DNA of 64,000 nucleotides from Mobula hypostoma (taxonomy: Eukaryota), in contig NC_086097.1 in assembly GCF_963921235.1 (NCBI RefSeq), positions 197,658,001 through 197,722,000 on the forward strand, in the 5' to 3' direction. The notes beneath the pieces are model-generated. The model did not search any database. It saw only the letters and a program-made list of their open reading frames with translations, and was not told the DNA's origin. Below are positions 10,922 to 23,522 of this stretch, piece after piece. The position numbers and the translations under genes are program-made. Every line of letters begins with the position of its first letter. Position 1 is the stretch's first letter.

Positions 10922-13851
10922 ATTTGCAGGGGGATGGGAACCACAGTACCAGAGCTGACAGTGTGGCTGGGGTGAAAATAAATGATGTTAAAAGTTCAAG
11001 CAAATCCACTAATAGAAAGGTTGTGAGTGGTGGTAAAAATCTTCTGAGGTGTATATATTTCAATGCTAGGAGTATTGCGGGGAAGGCGGATGAGTTGAGG
11101 GCATGGATTGACACGTGGAATTATGACGTTGTAGCAATTAGTGAAACTTGGCTACAGGAGGGGCAGGACTGGCAGCTTAATATTCCAGGGTTGCGATGTT
11201 TCAGATGTGATCGAGGCAGAGGAATGAAAGGTGGGGGAGTGGCATTGCTTGTTAGGGAAAATATTGCAGCAGTGCTCAGGCAGGACAGATTAGAGGGCTT
11301 GTCTACTGAGTCCTTGTGGGTGGAGCTGAGAAACAGGAAAGGTATGGCCACATTAGTGGGATTGTATTACAGACCACCCAATAGTCAAAGAGAATTGGAA
11401 GTGCAAATCTGCAGAGAGATAGCAGGCAACTGCAGGAAACATAAAGTTGTGGTGGTAGGGGATTTTAATTTTCCATATATTGATTGGGTCTCCCATACTG
11501 TTAGGGGTCTAGATGGTTTAGAGTTTGTAAAATGTGTTCAGGGAAGTTTTCTAAATCAATATATAGAGGGACCAACTAGAGGGGATGCAATATTGGATCT
11601 CCTGTTAGGAAACGAGTTAAGACAAGTGACAGAAGTCTGTGTAGGGGAGCACTTTGGTTCCGGTGATCATAACACTATTAGTTTCAACTTGATCATGGAC
11701 AAGGATAGATCTGGTCCTAGGTTTGAGGTTCTTAACTGGAAGAAGGCCAAATTTGAAGAAATGAGAAAGGATCTAAAAAGCGTGGATTGGGACAGGTTGT
11801 TCTCTGGCATGGATGTGATCGGTAGGTGGGAAGCCTTCAAAGCAGAAATTTTGAGAGTGCAGAATTTGTATGTTCCTGTCAGGATTAAAGGCAAGGTGAA
11901 TAGGAATAAGGAACCTTGGTTCTCAAAGGATATTGCAACTCTGATAAAGAAGAAGAGGGAGTTGTATGATGTGTATAGGAAGCAGGGAGTAAATAAGGTG
12001 CTTGAGGAGTATAAGAAGTGCAAGAAAATACTTACGGAAGAAATCAGGAGGGCTAAAAGAAGACATGAGGTTGCCTTGGCAGTCAAAGTGAAGGATAATC
12101 CAAAGAGCTTTTACAGGTATATTAAGAGCAAAAGGATTGTAAGGGATAAAATTGGTCCTCTTGAAGATCAGAGTGGTCGGCTATGTGCGGAACCAAAGGA
12201 AATGGGGGAGATCTTAAGTAGGTTTTTTGTGTCTGTATTTACTAAGGAAACTGGCATGAAGTCTATGGAATTAAGGGAAACAAGTAGTGAGATCATGGAA
12301 ACTGTACAGATCGAAAAGGAGGAGGTCCTTGCTGTCTTGAGGAAAATTAAAGTAGATAAATCCCCGGGACCTGACAGGGTGTTCCCTCGGACCTTGAAGG
12401 AGACTAGTGTTGCAATTGCAGGGGCCCTGGCTGAAATATTTAAAATGTCGCTGTCTACGGGTGAAGTGCTGGAGGATTGGAGTGTGGCTCATGTTGTTCC
12501 GTGGTTTAAAAAAGGATCAAAAAGTAATCTGGGAAATTATAGGCCAGTAAGTTTAACGTCGGTAGTAGGTAAATTATTGGAGGGAGTACTAAGAGACAGA
12601 ATCTACAAGCATTTGGATAGACAGGGACTTATTAGGGAGAGTCAACATGGCTTTGTGCGTGGTAGGTCATGTTTGACCAATCTATTGGAGTTTTTCGAGG
12701 AGGTTACCAGGAAAGTGGATGAAGGGAAGGCAGTGGATATTGTCTACATGGACTTCAGTAAGGCCTTTGACAAGGTCCCGCATGGGAGGTTAGTTAGGAA
12801 AATTCAGTCGCTAGGTATACATGGAGAGGTGGTAAATTGGATTAGACATTGGCTCAATGGAAGAAGCCAAAGAGTGGTAGTAGAGAATTGCTTCTCAGAC
12901 TGGAGGCCTGTGACTAGTGGTGTGCCACAGGGATCAGTGCTGGGTCCATTGTTATTTGTCATCTATATCAATGATCTGGATGATAATGTGGTAAATTGGA
13001 TCAGCAAGTTTGCTGATGATACAAAGATTGGAGGTGTAGTAGACAGTGAGGAAGGTTTTCAGAGTCTGCAGAGGGACTTGGACCAGCTGGAAAAATGAGC
13101 TGAAAAATGGCAGATGGAGTTTAATAGTGACAAGTGTAAGGTATTGCACGTTGGAAGGACAAACCAAGGTAGAACATACAGGGTTAATGCTCAGGCACTG
13201 AGGAGTGCAGTGGAACAGAGGGATCTGGGAATACAGATACAAAATTCCCTAAAAGTGGCGTCACAGGTGGATAGGGTCGTAAAGAGAGCTTTTGGTACAT
13301 TGGCCTTTATTAATCAAAGTATTGAGTATAAGAGCTGGAATGTTATGATGAGGTTGTATAAGGCATTGGTGAGGCCGAATCTGGAGTATTGTGTTCAGTT
13401 TTGGTCACCAAATTACAGGAAGGATATAAATAAGGTTGAAAGAGTGCAGAGAAGGTTTACAAGGATGTTGCGGGGACTTGAGAAACTCAGTTGCAGAGAA
13501 AGGTTGAATAGGTTGGGACTTTATTCCCTGGAGCGTAGAAGAATGAGGGGAGATTTGATAGAGGTATATAAAATTATGATGGGTATAGATAGAGTGAATG
13601 CAAGCAGGCTTTTTCCACTGAGGCAAGGGGAGAAAAAAACCAGAGGACATGGGTTAAGGGTGAGGGGGGAGAAGTTTAAAGGGAACATTAGGGGGGGCTT
13701 CTTCACACAGAGAGTGGTGGGAGTATGGAATGAGCTGCCAGATGAGGTGGTAAATGCGGGTTCTTTTTTAACATTTAAGAATAAATTGGACAGATACATG
13801 GATGGGAGGTGTATGGAGGGATATGGTCCGTGTGCAGGTCAGTGGGACTAG
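10912..13851 (+). pseudogene. CR1 ORF2: APE endonuclease plus reverse transcriptase; single nonsense codon at 13096-13098
   Basis: [65 protein letters not shown]. ORFs 10924-13098 and 13114-13851 are in one frame; the TGA sits where other copies here have TGG. Confidence 0.95.
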
Positions 13852-16144
13852 ACAGAAAATGGTTCGGCACAGCCAAGAAGGGCCAAAAGACCTGTTTCTG
13901 TGCTGTAGTTTCTATGGTTTCTATGGTTTAATATAACTACAGCTGCGAAGATTCCTGCAGCACCCGGTGACCCTGTGATCTCTGAGGTTGTTTTTAGAAA
14001 AGGTGAGCCCTCACAAGGCGGAAGGTTCCGATGAAGTACCTGGCGGGAGTATTCCAGGACATTTTCAACCTCTCACTGCTGCAGGCGGAAGTTCCCACTT
14101 GCTTCAAAAAGGCAACAATTATACCAGTGCCTAACAAGAAGAAGAATGTGAACTGCCTTAATGACTATCACCCAGTAGCACTCACATCTATTGTGATGAA
14201 ATGCTTTGAGAGGTTGGTCATGACTAGACTGAACTCCTGCCTCAACAAGGACCTGGACCCACTGCAGTTCACCTATTGCTACAGCAGGTCACCTATTGCT
14301 ACAATAGGTCAATGGCAGATGCAATCTCAATGGCTCTTCACACCTGGACACTGCAAACACCTATGTCAGGATGCTGTTCATCGACTGTAGCTTAGCATTT
14401 AACATCATCATTCCCACAATCCTGATTGAGAAGTTACAGAGAAGTTATAGAACCTGGCCCTCTGCAATTGCATCCTCAACATCCTAACCGGAAGACCACA
14501 ATCTGTGCGGATTGGTGACAACATCTCTTCCTCGCTGACGATCAACACTGGTGTACCTTAAAGGTGTGTGTTTAGCCCACTGCTCTACTCACTCCATACC
14601 CCTGACTGTGCAGCTTGGCATAGCTCAAATATCAATTATAAATCTGCTGATGATACAACCATTGTTGATAGAATCTCAGAGGGAGACGAGAGGGCATACA
14701 AGGGTGGGATATGCTAACTAGTGGAGTGGTGTCACAGCCACAACCTGGCACTCAACGTCAGTAAGACGAAAGAGCTTATTGTGGACTTGGGGAAGGATAA
14801 GACGAAGGAATACACACCAATCCTCATAGAGGGATCAGAAGTGGAGAGAGTGAGCAGTTTCAAGTTCCTCGGTGTCGGGATCTCCGAGGATCTCAGCTGG
14901 TCCCAACATAGTGATGTAGTTATAAAGAAGGCAAGACGCATTTATACTTCATTAGGAGCTTGAAGAGATCTGGCATGTCAACAAATACACTCAGAAACTT
15001 CTATAGATGTACCGTGGAGAGCATTCTGACAGGCTGCATCACTGTTTGGAATGTGGGGTGGGGCTACTGCACAGGACTGAAGGAAGCTGCAGAGGGTTGT
15101 AAATTTAGTTGGCTCCTTCTTGGGTGCTAGCTTACAAAGTATCCAGGACATCTTCAAGGAGAAGTGCCTCAGAAAGGCAGTGTCCATTATAAAAGATTTC
15201 CAGCACCCAGGGCATGCCCTTTTCTCACTGTTACAATCAGGTAGGAGGTACAGAAGCCTGAAGGCACACACTCAGTGATTCAGGAACAGCTTATTCCCCT
15301 CTGCCATCTGATTCCTAAATTGACATTGAACCTGTGAACACACCTCACTTTTTAAATATATATTATTTCTGTTTTTTTGCATGATTTTTAATCTATTCAA
15401 TATACATATACTGTAATCAATTGATATTATTTTTTCTCTTCTATATTATGTATTGCATTGAACTACTGCTACTAAATTAACAAATTTCATGACATATACC
15501 TGATTCTGATTGTGATCCTAAATCTGTGCAATTATGTTCATAAATCCAATAGTTCAGTTGCACTGCTGTTATTTAATTGATATCAATACTTCAATATCAA
15601 AAAGTAAGAAGCTGTTAAGGAGCATTAGAATAGAATAAAACAAACCTATTTAATCTTTTCTGGGATCTTATGATGTCATCACATTTGCCCAGCTCAAATA
15701 TCTTTGCTGTGTAGCTCAGTGCATACCAAGAGGATTGGAAGAGATGCAGAGAATTTTTAATTGGATTTCAAATCGGATTCGGTTCACTTCCCAACTCTTT
15801 ATTCCAAACTGCAAAAGAAATTAAGTGGACTGTGTGCTGTGATTTAAATTATATTCAGTATATACAAAGCTTAAGTTTCACTTTCATTAAATTAAATTTT
15901 ACTGAGTTGTGGGTCTTACTCTGCTCTTAAAAAACACGGGTGGATAATTCACTCTTCCTAAAACTTGGGTATAAAGTTTATCTCTGTATTCTGCCTGGGA
16001 GGGCAAATCACTTTTGCTTGGCAGTGTTAGCAACGAATAATATTTGTCTTTTAGACTGATAAAATAGAAATGAATATCATTATTAAATTATTTTGTATAC
16101 TCAAAAATGAAAATATTCACTGAAGAAGTGAGTGTATAACTAAA

Positions 16145-16910
16145 GGTTCAATGGTCCAATTCAATGTTAGAGAAATGTATACGATATAAATCCTGAAATA
16201 CTTTTTCTTCACAACCATCCATGCAAACAGAGGAGTGCTCCAAAGAATGAACGACAGTTAAATGTTAGAACCCCAAAGTATGCCCCAGCTCCCCCCTCCT
16301 GTGTGTAAGTGGCAGCAAGTAACAAATCCCCCTCCCCCCACTGGCAATAAAAAAGCATCGGCACCTGCCACTGAGCACTCAAGCGTGAGCAAAGCAATAG
16401 CAAAGACACAGAATTGCAGTTACACCAAAGACGTCGAGTTTCACCCGGTATATGACATACCACAGACTCTCTCGCTCCCAAATAAGGGAGAGAGAGGTGT
16501 ACATTGCTTTTTCGAGCTCTGTACCCAAGGATCTCAAAGATCTCAAAGATCTCGGGTCTCCGGGCATACAGCCGTAGATATTCTGACTCCTCTGATGACA
16601 CACGGGTCTCCTGCCGTGACACCGACCCTCAATCCGCCCGTCTCCAGAGCCCTGAGATCCTAGGCTTCCAAATCTGAGCCGGACTCTTAGGCCGAGCCCT
16701 TGGTGTGCCGAACAACAACGGCCAGTTATGAAACCCTGCAAGCGGGTCCCATTCCTGCAAAAAAACAGTTAGTGTGTAACTCCAGGTCAGGATCTTCAAA
16801 AGAACCCTGAAAGGGAAAAATAAAGATATTAAAGATGGAAATAGAACTGGTTACAAAGATGCAAGCAAAGGAGTCGCCGTTTAGCACCATCATTACTCCC
16901 CTCCGCCTCC
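16145..16910 (-). mobile_element. Non-autonomous retroposon-like repeat
   Basis: GC-richer block; on the minus strand it starts near gatggtgctaaacggcgactcc and ends in a ttggacc/ttgaacc tail; no recognisable protein. Confidence 0.4.
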
Positions 16911-17079
16911 AGAATATTGGATAAAATAAAATATTGGTGTCGATGGAATTGTGGATGTAGTTGCTTTGCAAAAAAGGAAGTTAGTAGTAAAATTTTGAAC
17001 ATTTTCATTCATTTTTAGGATCAGTGACTGTCCAGAAGGTGGTGGTGGTATACGTTAAACTGGCTTAGATCATCTGGTG

Positions 17080-17221
17080 TAACACACAAAATGCTGGAGG
17101 AACTCAGTGGATTATGCAGCATCTATAGAGAAGAATGAACATTCAACATTTTTGGCTAAGGCTCTTCATCAGAATTGCATTTGTGTGTGTTGCTCTGGAT
17201 TTCTAGCATCTGCAGAATCTC
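17080..17221. mobile_element. Fold-back mini-element of Penelope terminal-repeat sequence (older family), target of the next insertion
   Basis: aacacacaaaatgc...gcatttgtgtgtgtt inverted ends; decayed ctgatga core on the minus strand near 17165-17172. Confidence 0.6.
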
Positions 17222-18091
17222 AAACACGAGGAAATCTGCAGATGCTGAAACTTCAAGCAACTCACATAAAAGTTGCTGGTGAACACAGCAGGCCAGGCAG
17301 CATCTCTAGGAAGAGGTACAGTCGATGCTTCGGGCCTATACCCTTCATCAGGACTAACTGAAAGAAGAACTAGTAAGAGATTTGAAAGTGGGAGGGGGAT
17401 ATCCAAAATGATAGGGGAAGACAGGAGGGGGAGGGATGGAGCCAAGAGCTGGACAGTTGATTGGCAAAAGGGATATGAGAGGATCATGGGACGGAAGGCC
17501 TAGGGAGAAAGAAAAGGGGGAGGGGGGAAAACCCAGAGGATGGGCAAGGGGTATAGTGAGAGGGACAGAGGGAAAGAAGGAGAGAGAGAAAAAGAATGTG
17601 TGTATATAAATAAATAACAGATGGGGTACAAGGGGGAGGTGGGGCATTAGCGGAAGTTTGAAAAGTCGATGTTCATGCCATCAGGTTGGAGGCTACCCAG
17701 ACGGAATATAAAGTGTTGTTCCTGCAAACTGAGTGTGGCTTCATCTTTACAGTAGAGGAGGCCGTGGATAGACATATCAGAATGGGAATGGAACGTGGGA
17801 TTAAGATGTGTGGCCACTGGGAGATCCTGCTTTCTCTGGCGGACAGTGCGTAGGTGTTCAGCGAAATGATCTCCCAGTCTGCGTCGGGTCTCGCCAATAT
17901 ATAGAAGGCTGCATCGGGAGCACCGGACGCAGTATATCACCCCAGCAAACTCACAGTCTACTCGACATCAATTACTAGCTCTTCTTTCAGTTCGTACTGA
18001 CGAAAGGTCTCGGTCCAGTCGTCGACTGTACCACTTCCTAGAGATGCTGCCTGGCCTGCTGCGTTCACCAGCAACTTTTATGTGTGTCGCT
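17222..18091 (-). mobile_element. 5'-truncated Penelope-like element with GIY-YIG domain and inverted terminal repeat
   Basis: ORF 17647-17940 (IYCVRCSRCSLLYIGETRRRLGDHFAEH...EQHFIFRLGSLQPDGMN); about 17260-17376 and 17972-18087 are inverted copies; 15-bp direct repeat catctgcagaatctc at 17207-17221 and 18092-18106. Confidence 0.9.
17320..17355 (-). ncRNA. Minimal type I hammerhead ribozyme motif (one core substitution)
   Basis: Minus strand: agtc CTGATGA a gggtataggccc GAAGC ATC gact; stem I agtc/gact; GAAA changed to GAAG. Confidence 0.55.
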
Positions 18092-18489
18092 CATCTGCAG
18101 AATCTCTTGTTTATCAGATCTTCTAATGTTACTGGATCAGAAGTTCCATGATTTAGACCGAGCTGTGATGTGTTTCCACATTAAGGTGGTGTTATGTGAC
18201 TTGGAGAGAAGCCATAGGTAATGATGTTCCCATGTTGCTGCTTGCTTGCAGATGGTAGAAGTTATAATTAGGATGGAAGGTGCTGTTGGTTGCTTTTTAA
18301 GTTGTCGAGGAGATAGAGGGATGGAGTAAATAAAGGGAATTTCTCTTTTCGGATGAAAACCAAGAGAGTTCAGATGAAACGATAGCTGCTGGTACAATCT
18401 AAAAGAGGTCGTGAATGCTTGTTTATTTTAAGCTGTAATGTCTGGAACTCATTTGCAAAGCACAGCAGTTGCTGGGTATCAGCAATAAA

Positions 18490-18780
18490 TGATTAGGCTG
18501 GAAATACTCAACAGGTCAAGTTGTATATATGGAAGGGGAAGAACTGGGTTGATGATACACATTGATAATCATGAGTCAGGGCTGGCCTATATCACACAAA
18601 CTGGAAAGCCTAATTATGAGATAGTTGAAGTCAGTATTGAGTCCTAAGGATTCCAGTCTGCCTCGAAAGAAGATAAAGTGTTATTTCTCGAGCTTGCATG
18701 GGTTTCATTGTATAGAAGTATAGAGGATTAAAGTGGCAAACTGCTGAAGATTAATTAAGCAAAGTTGTCCTGCAAAGTGG
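18490..18780 (-). mobile_element. Old Penelope-like 3' fragment
   Basis: Minus strand encodes CKLEK*HFIF...RLESLGLNTDF, like the end of the GIY-YIG ORF; decayed terminal repeat at 18495-18560. Confidence 0.55.
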
Positions 18781-19914
18781 TCATTTCTGTTTGAATTTTT
18801 TTTTTCATTGTGGTGTAGATAACATTGGTTTCACTAATTATAATTCACAAAATTGTAAGGAATGCAGGGGTTGCCCAGTGTTTCTGTTCACTGGCTCAGT
18901 GACATTGGAAAGTCTAGCATTTATTTGAAATGAAATGTAAAAACAGTCATGTATACAATCCAGATTCATGTAAAACGGCAGAATTAGAGATTGCTATTTT
19001 TTATATTCTAAGGACTGTATGTTCTTTCATCCCACCCCTCCCCCATCCTTTCCATTTGAAAATAATTCCATTTCTGAATGCAACAAATCCCCTATCTCAG
19101 TTTTGTTTTGCCAATATGCATGGCAGTCTGCTCAGTCAATAACTGCTCATTTGATATAAACAGGTATATATGTGGTTTACTTTCTTTATATTTACAATTA
19201 ATTTTAGAGAATTATGTTGGATGGTAGAAGTGAGCTGAATAGTTGATACGTGAATTTAATTTTGCTGACACCAATTTGCACTAATGCAGTTCTTAAACAA
19301 ATAATTTATACATCAGTTTGCAGTTTTGACTATGGATTGAAATGAAGAACTTGTAGCAATTGCAGCTGCAAGGAATGCATCAGCTGTAGGATAAATGTTC
19401 CCTGTGCAATATTGTTGGTTAGATTGCCCATTAACCTATTGATTGTTGCTATTTTTACCACATTTAATAGCTTTCCTTTCTGCTGATTAAACCAATGTCC
19501 ACAGAATGCAGAACTTGCAAGATAGAAGAGTAATAAATCTGTCTTTCCTGCCTATTTTTGGCACTGATGTAAAACAAAATGTTCCATTCACATGTTGTAA
19601 ATTGAATCAAAGGATTTAAAAATGGTTACCAAATTAGTGTCACAATGAACTCAGCTTAGTGGAATAGTTGTGAAATTCAGACAACAAACCTGTTACCCTT
19701 TACTGTGTGGAATTTAGTGCAGGTACATGATGAGTGTTTTTCATTAACGGTTTGATATTTAAATTAATAAAATAATGTCCATTGAGTTGATCATTTGTTT
19801 TTTCACTGCATCCTCAAGCAAAGTTGTGCACTGTAATTCAGCACAAAAATTTGAAGAATTAGAACAAATAGGTATGATAGAACTCATGACTAAGCTACAG
19901 TTGGTGTATTATTT

Positions 19915-21010
19915 TTGTTTTGGAAGCTGGGCATCACAGACATGCCAACATTTATTGTTCAGTCTCAAATGCCTCTGAGAACAACATAGTTCTCCAACTT
20001 GAACTGCCTCTACCCTTTGCTTTTGTGCTGGGAATTCTAGAGTTTAAATCAAGTAATAATGAAGGCAGGACATTTTATTTACCTCGTGCAGACCGTGAAA
20101 TATATACTGAAACAATGAAATGGATGAGAGAAAATGCTGTGCATATGTACAGTAAATGTAAATGTTATGCTAACACATCTGGGTGGCCAAGGCATAGTAG
20201 AATAGGTAACATTGTTTCTTGCTACATAAATTGTAATAGTACCATTTTTAAAGTTGCTAGAGAATCTACTAGGAAATTATAATTAATTGGCAACATCAGC
20301 CCTTCATGTTGGTATCTTTTATTTGGTAGTCAACCAGTGGTTTTCGGACCAAAACTTTTATATGCTATTTATCATAATGCATCCTTCATTGCTGATGATA
20401 GGTGGGCTCAGTTTGTTGTCTTGGGGAGCTACTGCACTGATGTTCCAGGCCTATGACTATTGACCTCCATTGACTTTGGTCATCCTCCTTTATATGAGAC
20501 ATAACTTCAACTGTCAGTGTTATCCCCTTGTGCACTGACTTCAGTTTTATCAGGGATCCTTTTACCACAATACAGCAAATATTGCTTTGGTGTATTAGTC
20601 ACACTTACCATACCTCTGGAATTCAGCTCTCCAGTCCACATTTGGACCAAGGTTGTAATGAGGTTTGCTTTCAGTGGTACAAGTGCAACTCAAACTGCAC
20701 GTTAGTGTGCAGGTAACTGGTGATTAAATGCAATTTGATAGTACTGTTGATGACACCTTTAATCACTTTGCTGATGACTGATTGGGTGTTAATTAGATTG
20801 ATTGAATTTGTCCTGTATTTGGTAAACTGAATATGCTCATGGTGTTGGGTAGATGCCAGTGGTGTAGCTGTGCTGGAACAGCTTCATTAGATGCAGACAC
20901 AGATCTTTAGTACCATAGCTGAATGTTGCCTGGTCTTGTAGTTCTGCAGTATCCAGTGCTCTCATCATTTCTTGCTGTTAGATGGAATGAATCACTTGAG
21001 TTTGGCTTCT
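19915..21010 (-). mobile_element. Old CR1-group LINE of a different family (RT remnant 20330-21010, 3' remnant near 19915-20090; related piece at 18130-18295)
   Basis: Minus strand: ALDTA...KLFQHSYTTGIYP...QDKFN...DAQF-like...LITTLVQMWTGELNSRGMVSVT. Confidence 0.6.
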
Positions 21011-21018
21011 GTGATTAT

Positions 21019-21021
<3 letters not shown>

Positions 21022-21062
<41 letters not shown>
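21022..21062. repeat. (AT)n microsatellite, about 20 units
   Basis: Directly visible. Confidence 0.99.
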
Positions 21063-21065
<3 letters not shown>

Positions 21066-21829
21066 AACACAGAGGATATGTTTGTGTAGCATACACAAAT
21101 GGAAGTTTTTTACAAGATTGTTTTTCATAATTTTCCATCACTAAGATAGTCATGAAACAATACAACACAGATACAGGCCTTTCAGCTCAACGAATCCATG
21201 GTGCCCACCTGTCTAGTCACAATTTTTTGTATTTGGCCCACATCCTTCAAAGCTCCATCCCTGAATCTATTTACCCAAGTGGTTCCTAAATTAGCATTTT
21301 GATAGTAACTCCACTAGCAGTGCTAGTATTTATATATTTCAGTTATACATTTTAAATAGCATTTGAGGTCACCTGACAGTTGAAGAACTTTAATAGTAAT
21401 GCTCTGAAGATAGTAGTGCATAATTTTGTCTTCCACGATTGTTTATCCATTGTGTTTAAAAGAGTTTAATTCTCCTATTTTGATGATAACCGAGGAATGA
21501 AAATTCCCTAAAAAATCAGTCCGATGAACTGTCAAAGGCTGGGCTATGTTATTTTGTAAGACTCATTTTAATAAAACAATAAGAACCCTATTGGGAAACT
21601 TCTCAACTGGAGTGCTACCAAATTCTTAAATCAATAACTTCAAAATCACAAAAATGAAGTTTTCTGAAAAACGTCAGTGATCTCATAAAGAATCTTCAAG
21701 AGAATACTTTTGGGATCAATAGTGTCAATATATTTTTCATACCAGCTTGCCAAAGAAATTTTGAACACTTTGATGTTTAACACATGCAGTTTATTTTGCT
21801 ACAACCTCTGCAGATTTTACTGAAGACAG

Positions 21830-22410
21830 GAGATGCTTGGTAGTTTGTAAGGTGGTGTACGTTTTCCGCTTTGAATGCTGGGCTATTGTGTGCTGCCGCA
21901 TGGACTTGGGATTTTCAGTGCTATCCTGAATGCTCCTTCTGCACTTCCACTGCTCATGGGTCAGAAATTCACACAAATTGACTGGGATATTACACTTTCT
22001 TAAAAGAGGCTTTGAGCACATCTTTGACTCTTTCCTTCTCTCTATCTGGTAATTGCTTTCCATGACAGAACTCAGATAAGAGTGCCTGTTGAAAGAGAGT
22101 CACTTTTTGCACATGCAAGTGATGGGGTTGTAGTGTGAAGTTGAATGAAAGTAAATAGGGCCTCAGTATTGGATACTGTGAGAAAACAGTGCTGGTTCGC
22201 TTATTGTACCAGTGGATATGGATGATTTAGGATAGAAAACATTGGTGGTATTTCACAGAATCAGGTTTACTATCACTGGCATATGTTGTGAAATTTGTTT
22301 CCAGTGTGTTTATACTGTCTGCTGTTCGTGGTATAAGACTTAAAGAAACGAGAATCACTGCTGCCTGGCAGACCATGGGTTTGTGGCAGGTTTGAGGTCT
22401 TGATTATTGT
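21830..22410 (-). mobile_element. RTE-clade LINE C-terminal remnant
   Basis: Minus strand: KDVLKASF / KCNIPVNLCEFLTHEQWKCRRSIQD...RKTYTTLQTT, like the RTE C-terminus (KD.LKASLKKCNI..W..LA.DR.KWR.SI). Confidence 0.65.
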
Positions 22411-22744
22411 GACAGACACAAAACAAAGCAGGCATTAATCCAAGCAAATAAATTAGGCCATATTGACCATCGGGTGATGGCAGTCAATCTGTTTCTCTTC
22501 TGTGATTTCCTGTCATTGTCCTGAATCTTTTAACCTGTGTCTGTCATAAAAAGTCTTCTGTAATTTAGAAAATTTACTATTTGAGGTTGAAATATTTATA
22601 CCCTTTGAAGCTGTAGTGTTGTACACAACACTTTTGATGCATCTGTTTTCAGTCTAATAACTATGGAGCCACAAGCTATCCAATGATTTGAAATTCATGT
22701 GTGCATGAAGATTAATACAGCAACCATGAAGCTGTAGTATTAAA

Positions 22745-23082
22745 ATGACCTTAACCATGGAATGATTGTTGGTGCCAGACAAGGTTGTTTGAGTATCTCA
22801 GAAACTACTGATCTTCTGGGATTTTCACATACAACACTCTCGAGAATTTACAGAGAACGGTGCAAAAAAAAACAGAAGTGGCAGCTCTGTGAGTGAAAAT
22901 GCCTTGTTAATGAGAGAGGTCAGATGGCCAGGTGACGGAAAGACGGCAGTAAGTCAAGTAACCACGCATTACAACATGGAGCATCTCTAAATGCATAACA
23001 CATCAAAACTTGAAGTCGATGGGCAACAGCAGCAGAAGACCTCAGAAATACACTCAGTGGCCAGTTTATAAAGTGACCACAG
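22745..23082 (+). mobile_element. Tc1-like non-autonomous fragment
   Basis: HGMIVGARQGCLSISETTDLLGFSHTTLSRIYRE...LKSMGNSSRRP (paired-like HTH), then TA-cactcagtggcc terminal-type sequence. Confidence 0.75.
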
Positions 23083-23522
23083 GTTGTAATTCTGCTAAAT
23101 TGATGCATAATAATGTTAATAAATTGAAATGCCCAATCTACTGTTACATTTTTTCAACAATTGTACGACTGATGATATTTCAGAATTTTCATTCAATTTC
23201 GAACTATCGAGTTGTTTGGTTGGATTTTGCACAAACTCATTGAGGCTATTTTTTATTCTTCTGTTTAGCACTTGTTTATTTTGTAATTCAATTAATCTTG
23301 TAAGACTTATTGAAACTTCTTGTTAATAGAATGTCTTGACAATGTTGAAACAAAAATTTGTGATGTCTTTTCTGTTTTATCGTCTATTTTCATCTGTTTT
23401 CACATTCGCATCATATTTTTCACAATATCTTTTTAACCCATTCTTTTCCACGGTTTTGCATGAATCAATGTTCTCTTTATGCTAGAGTTGCAAAATTACT
23501 TGAAGACAGAGGAAGATATTCA

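Larger units (their letters stand above)
9659..13929 (+). mobile_element. Near full-length CR1 LINE (5' UTR, ORF1, ORF2, 3' UTR)
   Basis: Both ORFs present; tail ttctatggtttctatggttt; flanked by aat (9656-9658) / aat (13930-13932), restoring Rex1 ggagaatataactaca. Confidence 0.97.
9398..15515 (+). mobile_element. Rex1/Babar LINE, 5'-truncated and degenerate, split by the CR1 (9398-9658 and 13930-15515)
   Basis: LWQGLQDITSYK...[33 protein letters not shown]...[39 protein letters not shown]; gattct-type tail. Confidence 0.9.

Noticed and set aside
10178..13799. Multiple minus-strand ORFs within the CR1, and similar ones at 46040-46611 and 59188-60297
   Set aside because: Antisense shadows of LINE coding sequence with no independent motifs.
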